Shown: in pieces, positions 1-10,033 of the stretch
How positions within the stretch are numbered: the first letter of the stretch is position 1
How the letters are laid out: the number at the start of each line of letters is the position of its first letter
NCBI GenBank assembly: GCA_030754235.1
Contig: JASMAS010000074.1
Location: forward strand, 2,657 to 66,656
Direction of reading: 5' to 3'
Source of the DNA: Litorilituus sp.
Lineage (GTDB): Bacteria > Pseudomonadota > Gammaproteobacteria > Enterobacterales > Alteromonadaceae
DNA: 64,000 bases
Notes under the pieces: model-generated
Database searches by the model: none
What the model was told of the DNA's origin: nothing
What the model saw: only the letters and a program-made list of their open reading frames with translations
Program-made: the position numbers and the translations under genes

Positions 1-60
1 GGAACTCGTCGTCTATAAGATTCTTGCCTGTCAAATTCTTATATACCTTAGGAGTCAACA

Positions 61-168
61 ATGATTAATCTAATCAAAGCACTATTTACAACTCAAAAGA
101 CGAAAGCAAACCCTATTGCTGCTCGTATTGAGATTAAAGAAACTTCGGCTCACACTTGGTGGTCGTAA
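61..168 (+). CDS. candidate small ORF (35 aa), unknown function
   Basis: ATG at 61 is preceded by AGGAG at 50-54 with a 6-nt spacer. It translates to MINLIKALFTTQKTKANPIAARIEIKETSAHTWWS with the stop at 166-168. It is shorter than the supplied ORF track reports, and I recognise no family. Confidence 0.3.
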   Translation: MINLIKALFTTQKTKANPIAARIEIKETSAHTWWS

Positions 169-602
169 GTTTACTCAAACTTAAGTCATTTATAACATGG
201 ATGTTAGTGACTTATTTTCTCTACCCTGTATAACAGTATATTGACGTTAAACTAAAACGCGATGTGTTTGTAGTGTAACCATAGTAATAACATAATATCA
301 GTTAAAATTAGCGCTAAAAACTAGCCACTAAGCGCTAATTAAACCTCCCCGCATCTAAGTTCTTAGCTTGTTAACAAAACCAGTTAATAAATGCCCGTAT
401 ATAAAAGAGCACGTCATAAAACTAATCACCATTTCCCCTTGATGTAACTTAACACCACCACCAAACTAAAACCCTCATATTTCCAGGGGGGGGTGAAATC
501 ATTATTATTCAGTGGCAATAAGTTGCCATTAAAATGGAAGATTATCGCCATAATTAGACACTACTTTGCAGCAAAACAATCTGCAGAATAAAATTATAGG
601 CA

Positions 603-636
603 TAAAAAACGCCAACAAATTAACGGTTGACGTTTA
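603..636 (-). terminator. rho-independent terminator downstream of fadJ
   Basis: On the minus strand a hairpin AAACGTCAAC / GTTGGCGTTT forms (626-635 pairing with 607-616, one mismatch). A U-run follows (A-run 604-609 on the plus strand). It lies about 60 nt past the fadJ stop. Confidence 0.7.
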
Positions 637-692
637 AAAATTTCACGTTATGCATGAGTAATATAACTTACAGCATAAAGAACCTAGTTTAA

Positions 693-2846
693 CTAGTAAT
701 AAGTAGCCCCACTTTTAGCCATAGCAACTAAAGCATCGCAAGGCTTATAACGTTCTCCGTGCTGATTTGCCCATTGATTCAATTGTGCGACTAATGATTG
801 TGCACCCATTTTGTCAATGTAGCGAAGTGGCCCACCTAGAAATGGTGGAAAACCAATACCAAATATTGCGCCAATATCACCATCTCTAGCGTTGCGGACA
901 ATCCCCTCTTCAACACAGCGAGCTGCTTCATTTAGCATCATAAAAGTACAACGCTTAGCTATTTCATCTGCTGACAAACTGCCGGTGATTTTCAAGTTCA
1001 ATAAGCTATATATACTTTCATCTACTTGTTTTTTGCCTTTTTTGGCGTTTTTGCCATATAGGTAGAAGCCTTTGTCTACTTTTTTACCTAAGCGACCATC
1101 ATCTAATAACTTAGAAAAAGCAGAAGGCGCTGCAAATCTATCACCTAAATCAGCCTGTAATATAGGCCCTATTTTAGCACCAACATCAATCCCTACTTCA
1201 TCAAGTAATTGCATAGGTCCAACAGGGAAGCCAAAATTAACTAAGGCTTTATCAACCTTATCAATAGGTTCACCCGCAAGTAGTAAAATAGCAGCTTCAT
1301 TCATGTAAGGCGCTAAAATACGATTAACATAAAAACCTGCTTTATCTTTGACAACAATAGGTGTTTTACCTTGTTTTTTAGCAAAAGCCACTGTAGTTGA
1401 AATGGTTTTATCTGAAGTTCCTTCATGAGGAATAATTTCAGCTAATGGCATTTTATCTACAGGTGAAAAGTAATGCAAACCTATAACATTTTCAGGTCGT
1501 TCAGCTTTAACTGCTATCTTGCCAATAGGTAAACTTGATGTGTTACTAGCGAATATAGTTGACTTTTTCGCATAATGCTCAACTTCTACGACCATATTCT
1601 GTTTCAATTCTAGGTTTTCAAATACGGCCTCAACTACAATATCAACCTCTTTAAAACCAGAGTAATCAGTGCAACCGGTGATCATCGACATTTGTTTTTG
1701 CATTTGACTCTTTAACATAAAGCGACGTTTGACTTTTTTATTCAGTATATCGTAGCTATATTTCAATGCGTGGTTGATACCCTTTGGCGCAATATCCTTA
1801 ATTCGAGCAGGAACATTAGCTTTAGTTGCAGTAACAAAAGCGATACCACCGCCCATTAAGCCACCACCAAGCACCGCAGCTTTGACAACTTTTTTCGGCA
1901 TAACATCAGCAACGCCCAGCTCTTTTTTCATCTCTGTCGTTGCAAAGAATAAATTGCGTAACTGGGCTGATTCTGGGCTCATCACCAGCTCTGCAAAATT
2001 TTCTGCTTCAATTTGAAAGCCCTTAGCTGGCGATTGTTCCATTCCCGTTTTCACGCATTCAATAATTTTTAACGGAGCAGGATAATTACCTTTAGTTTTT
2101 GACAAAACCGTTTTTGTAGCTTGTTTATATACAATACCTCGACCAACTGATGTACCTTCAAGAAATTTATTAGCTGTAGATGATTTAAATTTAACGGCTT
2201 GTTTGAAGTTACCTGCAAGCGCCATTTTTTCAGCTGTAGTAATTAAAATACTATTAGGAACCACATCATTAACTAGACCAGCTTTTAATGCTTGTTTCGC
2301 TCTAAGCTGTTTACCGGTCAGCATCATATCTAATGCTTTTTGTACACCCACAAGCTTTGGCAAACGTTGTGTTCCCCCTCCACCGGGCAACAAACCTAGT
2401 TGTACTTCAGGCAAACCTAACGCAGTTTTAGGGTTATCACTACATATTCGGGCATGGCATGCCATTGCTAACTCTAAACCGCCCCCTAAACAGGCACCGT
2501 TTATTGCAGCAACTACAGGAACTTTTAATTGCTCTAATTGGGCAAAGATCACTTGACCTTGACGAGTTAGCGCAACCACTTCTTCTTTCGTATTACAACG
2601 GTCAATCATATTGATGTCAGCACCGGCAACAAAAGAGTCTTCTTTACCACTACATAAAACAACACCGGTAATTGTTGAATCAGCTTTGATTTCAGCCAGC
2701 ACATCAGAGACTTGCTCGGCAAACTCAGTTTTAAGGGTGTTCATGGTATCACCAACAACATCCATAACTAAATGAGCGATACCATTTTCTTGACGATTTA
2801 GCGTAAAAGCACTCACGGTATTTTTTGTTTCAATAATATCATTCAT
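693..2846 (-). CDS. fadJ: fatty-acid oxidation complex alpha subunit FadJ (enoyl-CoA hydratase / 3-hydroxyacyl-CoA dehydrogenase)
   Basis: The N-terminal half is a crotonase fold (FVAGADI, GGGLELAMACH). The C-terminal half is an NAD-binding dehydrogenase (AVLGGGLMGGGIA). I trimmed the start to ATG 2846 (MNDIIETK), which overlaps the fadI stop by 1 nt (TAATG). Confidence 0.93.
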   Translation of the reverse strand: MNDIIETKNTVSAFTLNRQENGIAHLVMDVVGDTMNTLKTEFAEQVSDVLAEIKADSTITGVVLCSGKEDSFVAGADINMIDRCNTKEEVVALTRQGQVIFAQLEQLKVPVVAAINGACLGGGLELAMACHARICSDNPKTALGLPEVQLGLLPGGGGTQRLPKLVGVQKALDMMLTGKQLRAKQALKAGLVNDVVPNSILITTAEKMALAGNFKQAVKFKSSTANKFLEGTSVGRGIVYKQATKTVLSKTKGNYPAPLKIIECVKTGMEQSPAKGFQIEAENFAELVMSPESAQLRNLFFATTEMKKELGVADVMPKKVVKAAVLGGGLMGGGIAFVTATKANVPARIKDIAPKGINHALKYSYDILNKKVKRRFMLKSQMQKQMSMITGCTDYSGFKEVDIVVEAVFENLELKQNMVVEVEHYAKKSTIFASNTSSLPIGKIAVKAERPENVIGLHYFSPVDKMPLAEIIPHEGTSDKTISTTVAFAKKQGKTPIVVKDKAGFYVNRILAPYMNEAAILLLAGEPIDKVDKALVNFGFPVGPMQLLDEVGIDVGAKIGPILQADLGDRFAAPSAFSKLLDDGRLGKKVDKGFYLYGKNAKKGKKQVDESIYSLLNLKITGSLSADEIAKRCTFMMLNEAARCVEEGIVRNARDGDIGAIFGIGFPPFLGGPLRYIDKMGAQSLVAQLNQWANQHGERYKPCDALVAMAKSGATYY

Positions 2847-4153
2847 TAAGCTGTCTCCAATACCATAGCTGCACCTAAACCACCTGCGGCACAAGCTGTT
2901 GTTAACCCTACTCCACCACCACGACGATTTAATTCATTAAGTGTTTGTGTAATTAAACGAGCACCCGTGGCCGCAAATGGATGACCATAAGCTAATGAGC
3001 CCCCCATAACATTAAACTTAGTCATGTCAATATCACCAATAGCTTTAGCGCGACCTAAATGTTGCTGAGCAAACTTATCACTCGCAAACATTTTCATATT
3101 AGCTAATGCTTGTGCAGCAAAAGCTTCATGCATTTCAATAAGGTCTAAATCAGCTAACTCCATACCAGCCCGTTTTAATGCAATTGGTGTCGCAAAACTA
3201 GGCCCCATGAGTAAATCTTCCCATACGTCAATAGCGGCAAATCCATAGCTACGAATATAACCAAGAGGCTCATAACCTAGCTCTTTAGCTCGACCTTCAC
3301 GCATTAATAATAACGCAGCACCACCATCGGTTAATGCCGTACTGTTTGCAGCGGTAACAGAGCCATGTTTACGATCAAATACAGGACGAAGTTTGGCGTA
3401 ACCCTCCAATACCGAGTTATCTCTAAAACAATTATCTTTTGCAATAAACCCCTTGTAAGGTTCGCTGTAGGCAGTCATAACTTCACCGTCAAGCTTACCT
3501 TCTGCCCAACTTTTTGTTGCTAGTGTATGAGAGCGGTGAGCAAGCGCATCTTGATCTTGACGAGAAATGCCATGAGTTTTAGCCATTTGCTCCGCGGTTT
3601 GTCCCATAGAAATACCTGTAGAGTACTCCGTCACAGAAGGGGCAACGGGCAAAATGTCTTTCAAGCCTAATTTACGAATCAAGGCTATTTTTTGTCCTAA
3701 TGTTTTTGTTTTACTGATATCTAATAAGGTGCGTGCAAATTTTTTCGATACACCAATAGGGGCAACAGAAGAGGAGTCAGCACCGCCTGCAATCCCAACA
3801 TCAACAAAGCCAGACATAATAGACTCAGCAACATTGACGGTTGATTGAAAACTTGTTGCACACGCACGAGAAACACTATAAGCATCGGTATGAACATTCA
3901 TGCCTGTACCCAGTACAATTTCGCGAGCAATATTTGGCGCTTCAGGCATTTGCACTACTTGACCAAACACACACTGATCAATAATTGCAGGATCAACATC
4001 ATGTTTTTGCAGCAGCTCGTTCACTACCATTTTACCTAAATCGACAGCGGGAACACCGTGAAAGGCAGTTGCCTGTTTAGCGAATGGGGTTCTAAGCCCT
4101 GCCACAACAGCAATGCGTTCCCCTGATGATGTAGTCATTTTATTCATCGTCAT
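2846..4153 (-). CDS. fadI: 3-ketoacyl-CoA thiolase FadI
   Basis: 435-aa thiolase with the active-site Cys context SRACATS and a C-terminal [12 protein letters not shown]. It is translationally coupled to fadJ. Confidence 0.93.
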   Translation of the reverse strand: MTMNKMTTSSGERIAVVAGLRTPFAKQATAFHGVPAVDLGKMVVNELLQKHDVDPAIIDQCVFGQVVQMPEAPNIAREIVLGTGMNVHTDAYSVSRACATSFQSTVNVAESIMSGFVDVGIAGGADSSSVAPIGVSKKFARTLLDISKTKTLGQKIALIRKLGLKDILPVAPSVTEYSTGISMGQTAEQMAKTHGISRQDQDALAHRSHTLATKSWAEGKLDGEVMTAYSEPYKGFIAKDNCFRDNSVLEGYAKLRPVFDRKHGSVTAANSTALTDGGAALLLMREGRAKELGYEPLGYIRSYGFAAIDVWEDLLMGPSFATPIALKRAGMELADLDLIEMHEAFAAQALANMKMFASDKFAQQHLGRAKAIGDIDMTKFNVMGGSLAYGHPFAATGARLITQTLNELNRRGGGVGLTTACAAGGLGAAMVLETA

Positions 4154-4206
4154 GTACTTTATACTCCAGTAAAAATGTTTACCTTGTGTTAAATTTATTT
4201 AAACAC

Positions 4207-4223
4207 AAGAGGTCTGACCTCTC
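4207..4223. promoter_or_regulatory. candidate FadR operator upstream of fadIJ
   Basis: Perfect palindrome GAGGTCTGACCTC (4209-4221) carrying the GGTCNGACC core of FadR boxes. It lies 56-68 nt upstream of the fadI start codon. Confidence 0.5.
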
Positions 4224-4448
4224 CTATTCATCCTTTGATTTTAACCCACTATTTAAAAATATCAATCATTGATTTTAAACCAGCGTTTAAATTATTAAAG
4301 CATAGTCTACTTTGCAATATTATTATTAAATAAAAAATTTGTTACAAGTATCTAATAGACCCCTTGTTTTCTTTAAGGTTAACCTTATATAAATACTAGA
4401 GTGTATTTCAGATAAACTAATTATTGTAACAATAGAAAGACAAAAAAT

Positions 4449-5414
4449 ATGGCAATTGAACATTTTTCCGCGTTAAAAAAACACTTAGCTCAGCAAATTA
4501 TTGGGCAACCTGACTTTGTCGAGAACTTACTCATAGCCTTACTCGCTAATGGTCATCTGATTGTTGAAGGACCTCCAGGGCTTGCTAAAACCAGAGCAGT
4601 AAACGCGCTAGCCGACGGGTTAGAAGCCGATTTTCATCGCATTCAATTCACACCCGATTTATTACCCGCTGACTTAACAGGTACAGATATATATCGCCCA
4701 GAAGATGGTAGTTTTGTATTTCAAGCAGGTCCCTTATTTCAAAACTTAGTACTAGCCGATGAAATCAACCGTGCTCCAGCAAAAGTACAATCAGCCCTAT
4801 TAGAAGCAATGGCTGAAGGACAAATTACTGTTGGTAGAAAAACCTATCAACTACCGGATCTATTTCTTGTTATGGCAACACAAAATCCAATTGAACAAGA
4901 AGGCACATACCCTTTACCTGAAGCGCAATTAGATCGCTTTTTAATGCATTTAGAAATTGATTACCCTGATGCAGCAAGTGAGTTAGAAATATTAAAACTC
5001 AATCGTGGTGAAGCATTAGCCTGCGCTCATCAAGAAAAGCCTCAACTAAAAGTATTAAGCCAAGCAGAAATATTTTCCGCACGAGAGCAAGTACTTAATA
5101 TTCATATGGCGCCAACAATAGAAACCTATATGGTTGATTTGATCATGGCTACTCGTCAGCCAGAAAAATATGACGATAAGCTTAAAGCTTGGTTAGCTTT
5201 TGGCGCCAGCCCTAGAGCAACCATAGCACTTGATAGATGCGCTCGTGCCCGTGCTTGGTTACATAATAGAGACTTCGTCAGTCCAGAAGATATTCAAGCG
5301 GTATTTCATAATGTACTTAGACATAGAATTTTATTAAGTTATCAAGCTGAAGCTGAAGGGATCACCGCCAACCAACTACTTGATCATTTACTCAGTCTCG
5401 TTGCCGTTTCTTAG
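4449..5414 (+). CDS. MoxR-family AAA+ ATPase
   Basis: 321 aa with Walker A GPPGLAKT and Walker B LVLADEINRA. It is the first gene of a Bat-type operon. Confidence 0.92.
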   Translation: MAIEHFSALKKHLAQQIIGQPDFVENLLIALLANGHLIVEGPPGLAKTRAVNALADGLEADFHRIQFTPDLLPADLTGTDIYRPEDGSFVFQAGPLFQNLVLADEINRAPAKVQSALLEAMAEGQITVGRKTYQLPDLFLVMATQNPIEQEGTYPLPEAQLDRFLMHLEIDYPDAASELEILKLNRGEALACAHQEKPQLKVLSQAEIFSAREQVLNIHMAPTIETYMVDLIMATRQPEKYDDKLKAWLAFGASPRATIALDRCARARAWLHNRDFVSPEDIQAVFHNVLRHRILLSYQAEAEGITANQLLDHLLSLVAVS

Positions 5415-5434
5415 GCTATAGCGTTCTCGAACTT

Positions 5435-6496
5435 ATGTGGTTTAAAAATACAACAGCACAACAAAATAAAGCGGTTTCAACCGATAGTTGTCTATCACAA
5501 CTAAACAGCATTCACAGTAATGGTGTCAAATTGACTATGGCTGAATTATTATATTATCAAAATAAAACAGCCTTAATAGACTTATCTGCGAGAAAAAACA
5601 TCCATGGTCAAATGTCTGGAAATTACTTATCCCGCACTAAAGGTCGTGGCATGGAGTTTGATGAAGTGCGTCATTATCAAACGGGTGATGATATTCGCGC
5701 AATTGACTGGCGTGTCACGGCAAGAACAGGAAAAACTCACACTAAATTATTTCGTGAAGAATTAGAGCGCCCCGTACTTATTGCCACAGATTTAAGTAGC
5801 AGCATGCACTTTGGCAGTCAATTACTGTTTAAGTCAGTTCAAGCAGCACATTTAAGTTCATTAGTTGCCTGGCATGCAAAAAATAGGGGGGATCGCCTAG
5901 GTGGTATTGTTTTTAACCAAAGGGAACATGTAGAGCTAAAGCCAAGAAGCCGTAAAGAAGGTGTGCTTCACTATTTACATGCCATGATGAAGTTACACAC
6001 ATCACAACATCAAACTCAATACACTCAAACAACTCAACAAACAGGTGAAAATTTCGGCTATTTCAGTGATAATTGTGCGCGCATTAGACAAATAGCTAAA
6101 CCTGGCTCATTAGTTTATTTAATTACCGATGCACAGGCGCTCAAAACTTCAAATAAAAATAGCCAAAAAGATAATTACAAGCATGATGCGCTGCGCCACT
6201 TAAGCCAAATTAGTCAACATTGCGAATTAGTTGTCTGCTTAATAAACGATCCTTTAGAGCAAGCATTACCCAGCAGTAATATTAAATTGAACGTCAATTT
6301 AACAGATGGAGAAAACCGTCAGCAATTAACACTGGGGGATAAAGAAACGGCGAGCAATTATAAGCATCAAGCAGGCCTTGCCAATAGTGAATGTCAGCAA
6401 GCACTAATTAAAGCGGGTGCACGTGTTATTTATTTGTCTGCCGGACAAACCTTAGAGCAACAATTAAAAAATGGAGAGCAATTTTGCAAACAGTAA
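5435..6496 (+). CDS. DUF58 domain protein (VWA-like MoxR partner)
   Basis: 353 aa. The motif GMEFDEVRHYQTGDDIRAIDWRVTAR is typical of DUF58 proteins encoded next to MoxR ATPases. Confidence 0.85.
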   Translation: MWFKNTTAQQNKAVSTDSCLSQLNSIHSNGVKLTMAELLYYQNKTALIDLSARKNIHGQMSGNYLSRTKGRGMEFDEVRHYQTGDDIRAIDWRVTARTGKTHTKLFREELERPVLIATDLSSSMHFGSQLLFKSVQAAHLSSLVAWHAKNRGDRLGGIVFNQREHVELKPRSRKEGVLHYLHAMMKLHTSQHQTQYTQTTQQTGENFGYFSDNCARIRQIAKPGSLVYLITDAQALKTSNKNSQKDNYKHDALRHLSQISQHCELVVCLINDPLEQALPSSNIKLNVNLTDGENRQQLTLGDKETASNYKHQAGLANSECQQALIKAGARVIYLSAGQTLEQQLKNGEQFCKQ

Positions 6497-7017
6497 ATTC
6501 ATCTCCTATTGCAACAGCAAATCCCTTGCAATTAAAAGATATTCATATTCCCGAACAAGTTAGCAATTATCCTATTGCATATGGTTGGTGGTTATTAGCC
6601 ATTATCATGCTATTAACAATGACTTTTATAGCGGTTAAGCTTTATAAAAAATCAAAAATTAAAAGAGCACAACAACAAGCATTAAAACAACTTCAAAATA
6701 GCCCTACCATGAGCAACACCGAAATCATTACGTTGCTAAAATGGGCATCCATGCAGTATTTTTCACGAACTGAGTTAGCTAGCTTGTACAGCAATCAATT
6801 TAAGCAATTTCTTTTGCAACAACTTGATAAAAAATATCAGCAACAATTTGATAAGTTATCAACAAAAGGGTTTGAAAATCAATATCAAAAGTTTGATCAA
6901 AAAAGTGATGCCGATTTTCTACAAGGGGCGATATTATGGTTAAACCATGCTTTACCGCCTAAAGCTAAACAACAAAAAAACATAACGTATGGTGAAACAG
7001 CAGGAGCAATTAAATGA
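6484..7017 (+). CDS. DUF4381-like single-pass membrane protein
   Basis: 177 aa with one TM helix (YGWWLLAIIMLLTMTFIAV) and a Q/K-rich tail. The TTG start overlaps the upstream stop. Its position between DUF58 and BatA matches Bat-type operons. The family name is from memory. Confidence 0.6.
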   Translation: MQTVNSSPIATANPLQLKDIHIPEQVSNYPIAYGWWLLAIIMLLTMTFIAVKLYKKSKIKRAQQQALKQLQNSPTMSNTEIITLLKWASMQYFSRTELASLYSNQFKQFLLQQLDKKYQQQFDKLSTKGFENQYQKFDQKSDADFLQGAILWLNHALPPKAKQQKNITYGETAGAIK

Positions 7018-8009
7018 TCCATTTTGCTTGGCCTTGGTTGCTATTGCTTTTACCCTTGCCGCTATTGGTTTACTGGTTACCTAAAAAAAACACTCGCCAA
7101 ACAACCGCTGCTTTGGTGGTTCCGCATATTCAGGTGAATAATCAGGTAAAGGCTCAATACCAACAAAGAAAAAAAACACCACTCATTATCATGTCACTAT
7201 GTTGGTTACTCACTGTACTTGCCCTTAGCCAACCCCAATGGTTAGGTGATGCTATCGATATTCCAACCCAAGCTCGTGAAATGATGATCGCCGTTGACTT
7301 ATCAGGCAGTATGCAAATAGAAGATATGAGTTTACGTGGTAGTGCTGTCAACCGCTTAGCAATGCTAAAAGTGGTACTGGGCAATTTTATTGAGCGCCGT
7401 GTCGGTGACAGACTCGGATTAATACTCTTTGCAGATGATGCTTACATGCAAACCCCGATGACCTTTGACAGACAAACCGTCAAACAAATGCTTAACGAAA
7501 GTGTCCTCGGCTTAGTGGGAAGAAAAACGGCTATTGGTGATGCAATTGCACTGGCTGTAAAGCGTTTTGATGCAAAAGAACAATCCAACAAAGTATTATT
7601 ATTGTTGACTGATGGCCAAAATACCGCAGGAAAAATTTCTCCTGAGCAAGCGCTTGAATTAGCCGTAGCAAAAAACATAACTATCTACTCAATTGGTATT
7701 GGCGCCGATGTCATGATACAGCAATCACTTTTTGGTAGCCGCCGAGTCAATCCATCCAGTGAATTAGACGAAGAAACATTAACTAAGCTTGCGGAGCAAA
7801 CCGGTGGCCAATATTTTCGAGCGCGAAATAGTCAAGGCATGGAGCAAATATACCAACTCCTCGATCAGCTTGAACCACTAGAACAAGAACAACAGCAAAT
7901 GCGTCCATTAACGGCATTATTTTATTGGCCATTGTCACTGGGTTTATTGCTTGTTTTTGGTTACTTGTGTGCTGTTAATATTTCATCTATTTATCGTAAA
8001 ACAACTTAG
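7014..8009 (+). CDS. VWA domain membrane protein BatA-like
   Basis: 331 aa with N-terminal TM helices and a VWA domain carrying the MIDAS motif DLSGSM. There is an ATGA start/stop overlap with the upstream gene. Confidence 0.85.
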   Translation: MIHFAWPWLLLLLPLPLLVYWLPKKNTRQTTAALVVPHIQVNNQVKAQYQQRKKTPLIIMSLCWLLTVLALSQPQWLGDAIDIPTQAREMMIAVDLSGSMQIEDMSLRGSAVNRLAMLKVVLGNFIERRVGDRLGLILFADDAYMQTPMTFDRQTVKQMLNESVLGLVGRKTAIGDAIALAVKRFDAKEQSNKVLLLLTDGQNTAGKISPEQALELAVAKNITIYSIGIGADVMIQQSLFGSRRVNPSSELDEETLTKLAEQTGGQYFRARNSQGMEQIYQLLDQLEPLEQEQQQMRPLTALFYWPLSLGLLLVFGYLCAVNISSIYRKTT

Positions 8010-8020
8010 GTATTTCCCCC

Positions 8021-10033
8021 TTGATGAACTATTTATCTCCCTTTTTTAATAATTTTCACTTTATTAGGCCTTGGTGGTTCCTTGCTCTTATTGCTTTATT
8101 TTTTGCCTTGTGGCTACTAAAAAAATATCGCTTTAATCAGTCACCTTGGAATAAATTTATACCCGCTCACCTAAGCCATTTCCTAGTAGAAGGAGCTGAT
8201 GCTAATCATAAAACAGCCAAAGCGGCTATGTTTTCATCACAAGCAAATTTACTTAAACCCTTTATCATTGGTTTATTGGTTATTACCGCGCTTGCGGGCC
8301 CTGTGTGGCAAAAACTTCCACAGCCTGTTTATCAAACTGAACGGGGCTCAGTATTGATCATGGATATGTCTTACTCCATGTATGCTACTGATATAAAACC
8401 CAATAGATTAACTCGCGCACGTTTTAAAGCAGTTGATTTACTCAATACAATCAACGAAGGCGACATAGGGTTAATTGCCTATGCTGCAGATGCCTTTACC
8501 ATTAGTCCTCTAACACAAGACATTAAAAACATTGAACTTTTATTACCGTCTTTGACTCCTAGCATCATGCCTGAACCAGGGGCAAATGTTTTTGCAGCTC
8601 TTTCTCTTGCCCATGACATGCTCACCAATGCCGGTCACCTTCAAGGAGACATATACTGGTTTAGTGATGATGTCGATAATAGTGAAATCAGTGACATCTA
8701 TGACTGGTCAACAAAATTTGGTCACCGTCTGAATATCTTAGGCATAGGGAGCAAAGATGGAGCTCCTATTACTTTACCCTCAGGCGAACTTCTTAAAGAT
8801 GAGCAAGGCGCAATAGTCATTCCAAAACTACCGGTTTACAAACTAAATGGTCTAGCCTCAAGGGGACACGGTCGTTATCAAACCATTAGCCATAACGACA
8901 GTGATATCACTGCGTTAACATCTGCTAACACTCCCCTTTCAACAAATAAAAAGCAGCAGGAAAGTCAACAACAGGGCGACCAATGGCAAGAGCAAGGCCC
9001 ATGGCTGTTAGTGATTATATTACCTTTATTATTAAGTTATTTTAGGCAAACTAACGGTCTGTTGGGCTTATCATCACTTGCCTTGCCGCTAACAAGCTTG
9101 ATTACTTTATCTCTTGTCAGCCATGATGTTTTCGCCCAAGAGCAAAACAAGCAGGTGTCTAGCCAACCGATTATAAAAGAGCAACAAATAGAGCAAGTAT
9201 CTAAGTTACAACAAACATGGAAAAACCTGTGGAAAACACAAGATCAACAAGCACAAGAACGCTATAACCAGCAAGATTATCAAGGTGCTGCACAGCAATT
9301 TAATGATCCTCAATGGCAAGGCAGTGCTCATTACAAGTCAGGTAATTACCAAGAAGCATTAGCAGCATTTACACAAGGTAAACAAGCTAATACGGCTAAT
9401 TCATTATACAATCAAGGCAATGCGTTAGCGCAAATGCAACAATATGATCAAGCAATTACCCGCTATGAACAAGCCCTAGAGAAAAACCCAAATTTGCAAG
9501 ATGCTATAAATAATTTACAAAAAATTAAACAGATGAAAAACGAGCAAGAGCAGCAACAACAGCAAAACGAACAATCGCAAGAAAATCAATCAGACGATAA
9601 AAAAGATAATCAAGAGCAACAACAGAAATCTCAAGATCAACAGTCTCAAGATAATAATAACCAACAAAACCAACAAGCTGACAGCTCTGAACAACAAGAT
9701 ACAGATAATAAACAGCAAGAAAATGAGATCCCAAAAGAGACTGCTAAAGAAGAAAGCAAAAAAGGCAACAACCAAAAAGATGAACAAACAAAAAAAGATA
9801 AAAAGTCCAAAAAGCAACAAGCACAGCAGGCTGAACAACAAAACAAGCAAGGTGAAAAAACGCCTGCTCAAATAGCCGCTGAGCAGCAAGCTAAAGAAAC
9901 AGAGCAAAAACATCAACAACTACTTAATAAAGTAACCGATGATCCTTATTTACTGCTGCGTAATAAAATGCAGTTAGAGTATCAAAAACGTAAGCAACAA
10001 GGTGCTAGTCAAGGAGCAAAGAAAAAGTGGTGA
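8021..10033 (+). CDS. VWA + TPR protein (BatB/BatC-like fusion) with low-complexity tail
   Basis: 670 aa with TM helices, a VWA domain (MDMSYSM), TPR repeats (YNQGNALAQMQQYDQAITRYEQALEKNPN) and then a long Q/E/K/N/D-rich tail. ATG at 8024 is an equally plausible start. Confidence 0.8.
   Translation: MMNYLSPFFNNFHFIRPWWFLALIALFFALWLLKKYRFNQSPWNKFIPAHLSHFLVEGADANHKTAKAAMFSSQANLLKPFIIGLLVITALAGPVWQKLPQPVYQTERGSVLIMDMSYSMYATDIKPNRLTRARFKAVDLLNTINEGDIGLIAYAADAFTISPLTQDIKNIELLLPSLTPSIMPEPGANVFAALSLAHDMLTNAGHLQGDIYWFSDDVDNSEISDIYDWSTKFGHRLNILGIGSKDGAPITLPSGELLKDEQGAIVIPKLPVYKLNGLASRGHGRYQTISHNDSDITALTSANTPLSTNKKQQESQQQGDQWQEQGPWLLVIILPLLLSYFRQTNGLLGLSSLALPLTSLITLSLVSHDVFAQEQNKQVSSQPIIKEQQIEQVSKLQQTWKNLWKTQDQQAQERYNQQDYQGAAQQFNDPQWQGSAHYKSGNYQEALAAFTQGKQANTANSLYNQGNALAQMQQYDQAITRYEQALEKNPNLQDAINNLQKIKQMKNEQEQQQQQNEQSQENQSDDKKDNQEQQQKSQDQQSQDNNNQQNQQADSSEQQDTDNKQQENEIPKETAKEESKKGNNQKDEQTKKDKKSKKQQAQQAEQQNKQGEKTPAQIAAEQQAKETEQKHQQLLNKVTDDPYLLLRNKMQLEYQKRKQQGASQGAKKKW
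9500..9970 (+). repeat. compositionally biased coding region (Q/E/K/N/D-rich) inside the BatB-TPR gene
   Basis: The translation reads QQQQQNEQSQENQSDDKKDNQEQQQKSQDQQSQDNNNQQNQQ... through ...KKDKKSKKQQAQQAEQQNKQ. CAA/GAA/AAA-rich DNA here generates three spurious antisense ORFs. Confidence 0.8.

Noticed and set aside
486-493. G8 homopolymer considered as a phase-variation switch
   Set aside because: No gene or promoter is demonstrably positioned to be affected by tract length. A single sequence cannot show length polymorphism.
4183-4209. TGTG...CACA palindrome upstream of fadI considered as a CRP site
   Set aside because: The spacing between TGTG and CACA is 15 nt rather than the 8 nt of the TGTGA-N6-TCACA consensus.
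9525-9919. Three overlapping minus-strand ORFs (69, 109 and 66 aa) opposite the 3' part of the BatB-TPR gene
   Set aside because: They lie antisense to CAA/GAA/AAA-rich low-complexity coding DNA. They translate to Leu/Phe/Cys-rich nonsense and lack ribosome-binding sites. They are a compositional artefact.
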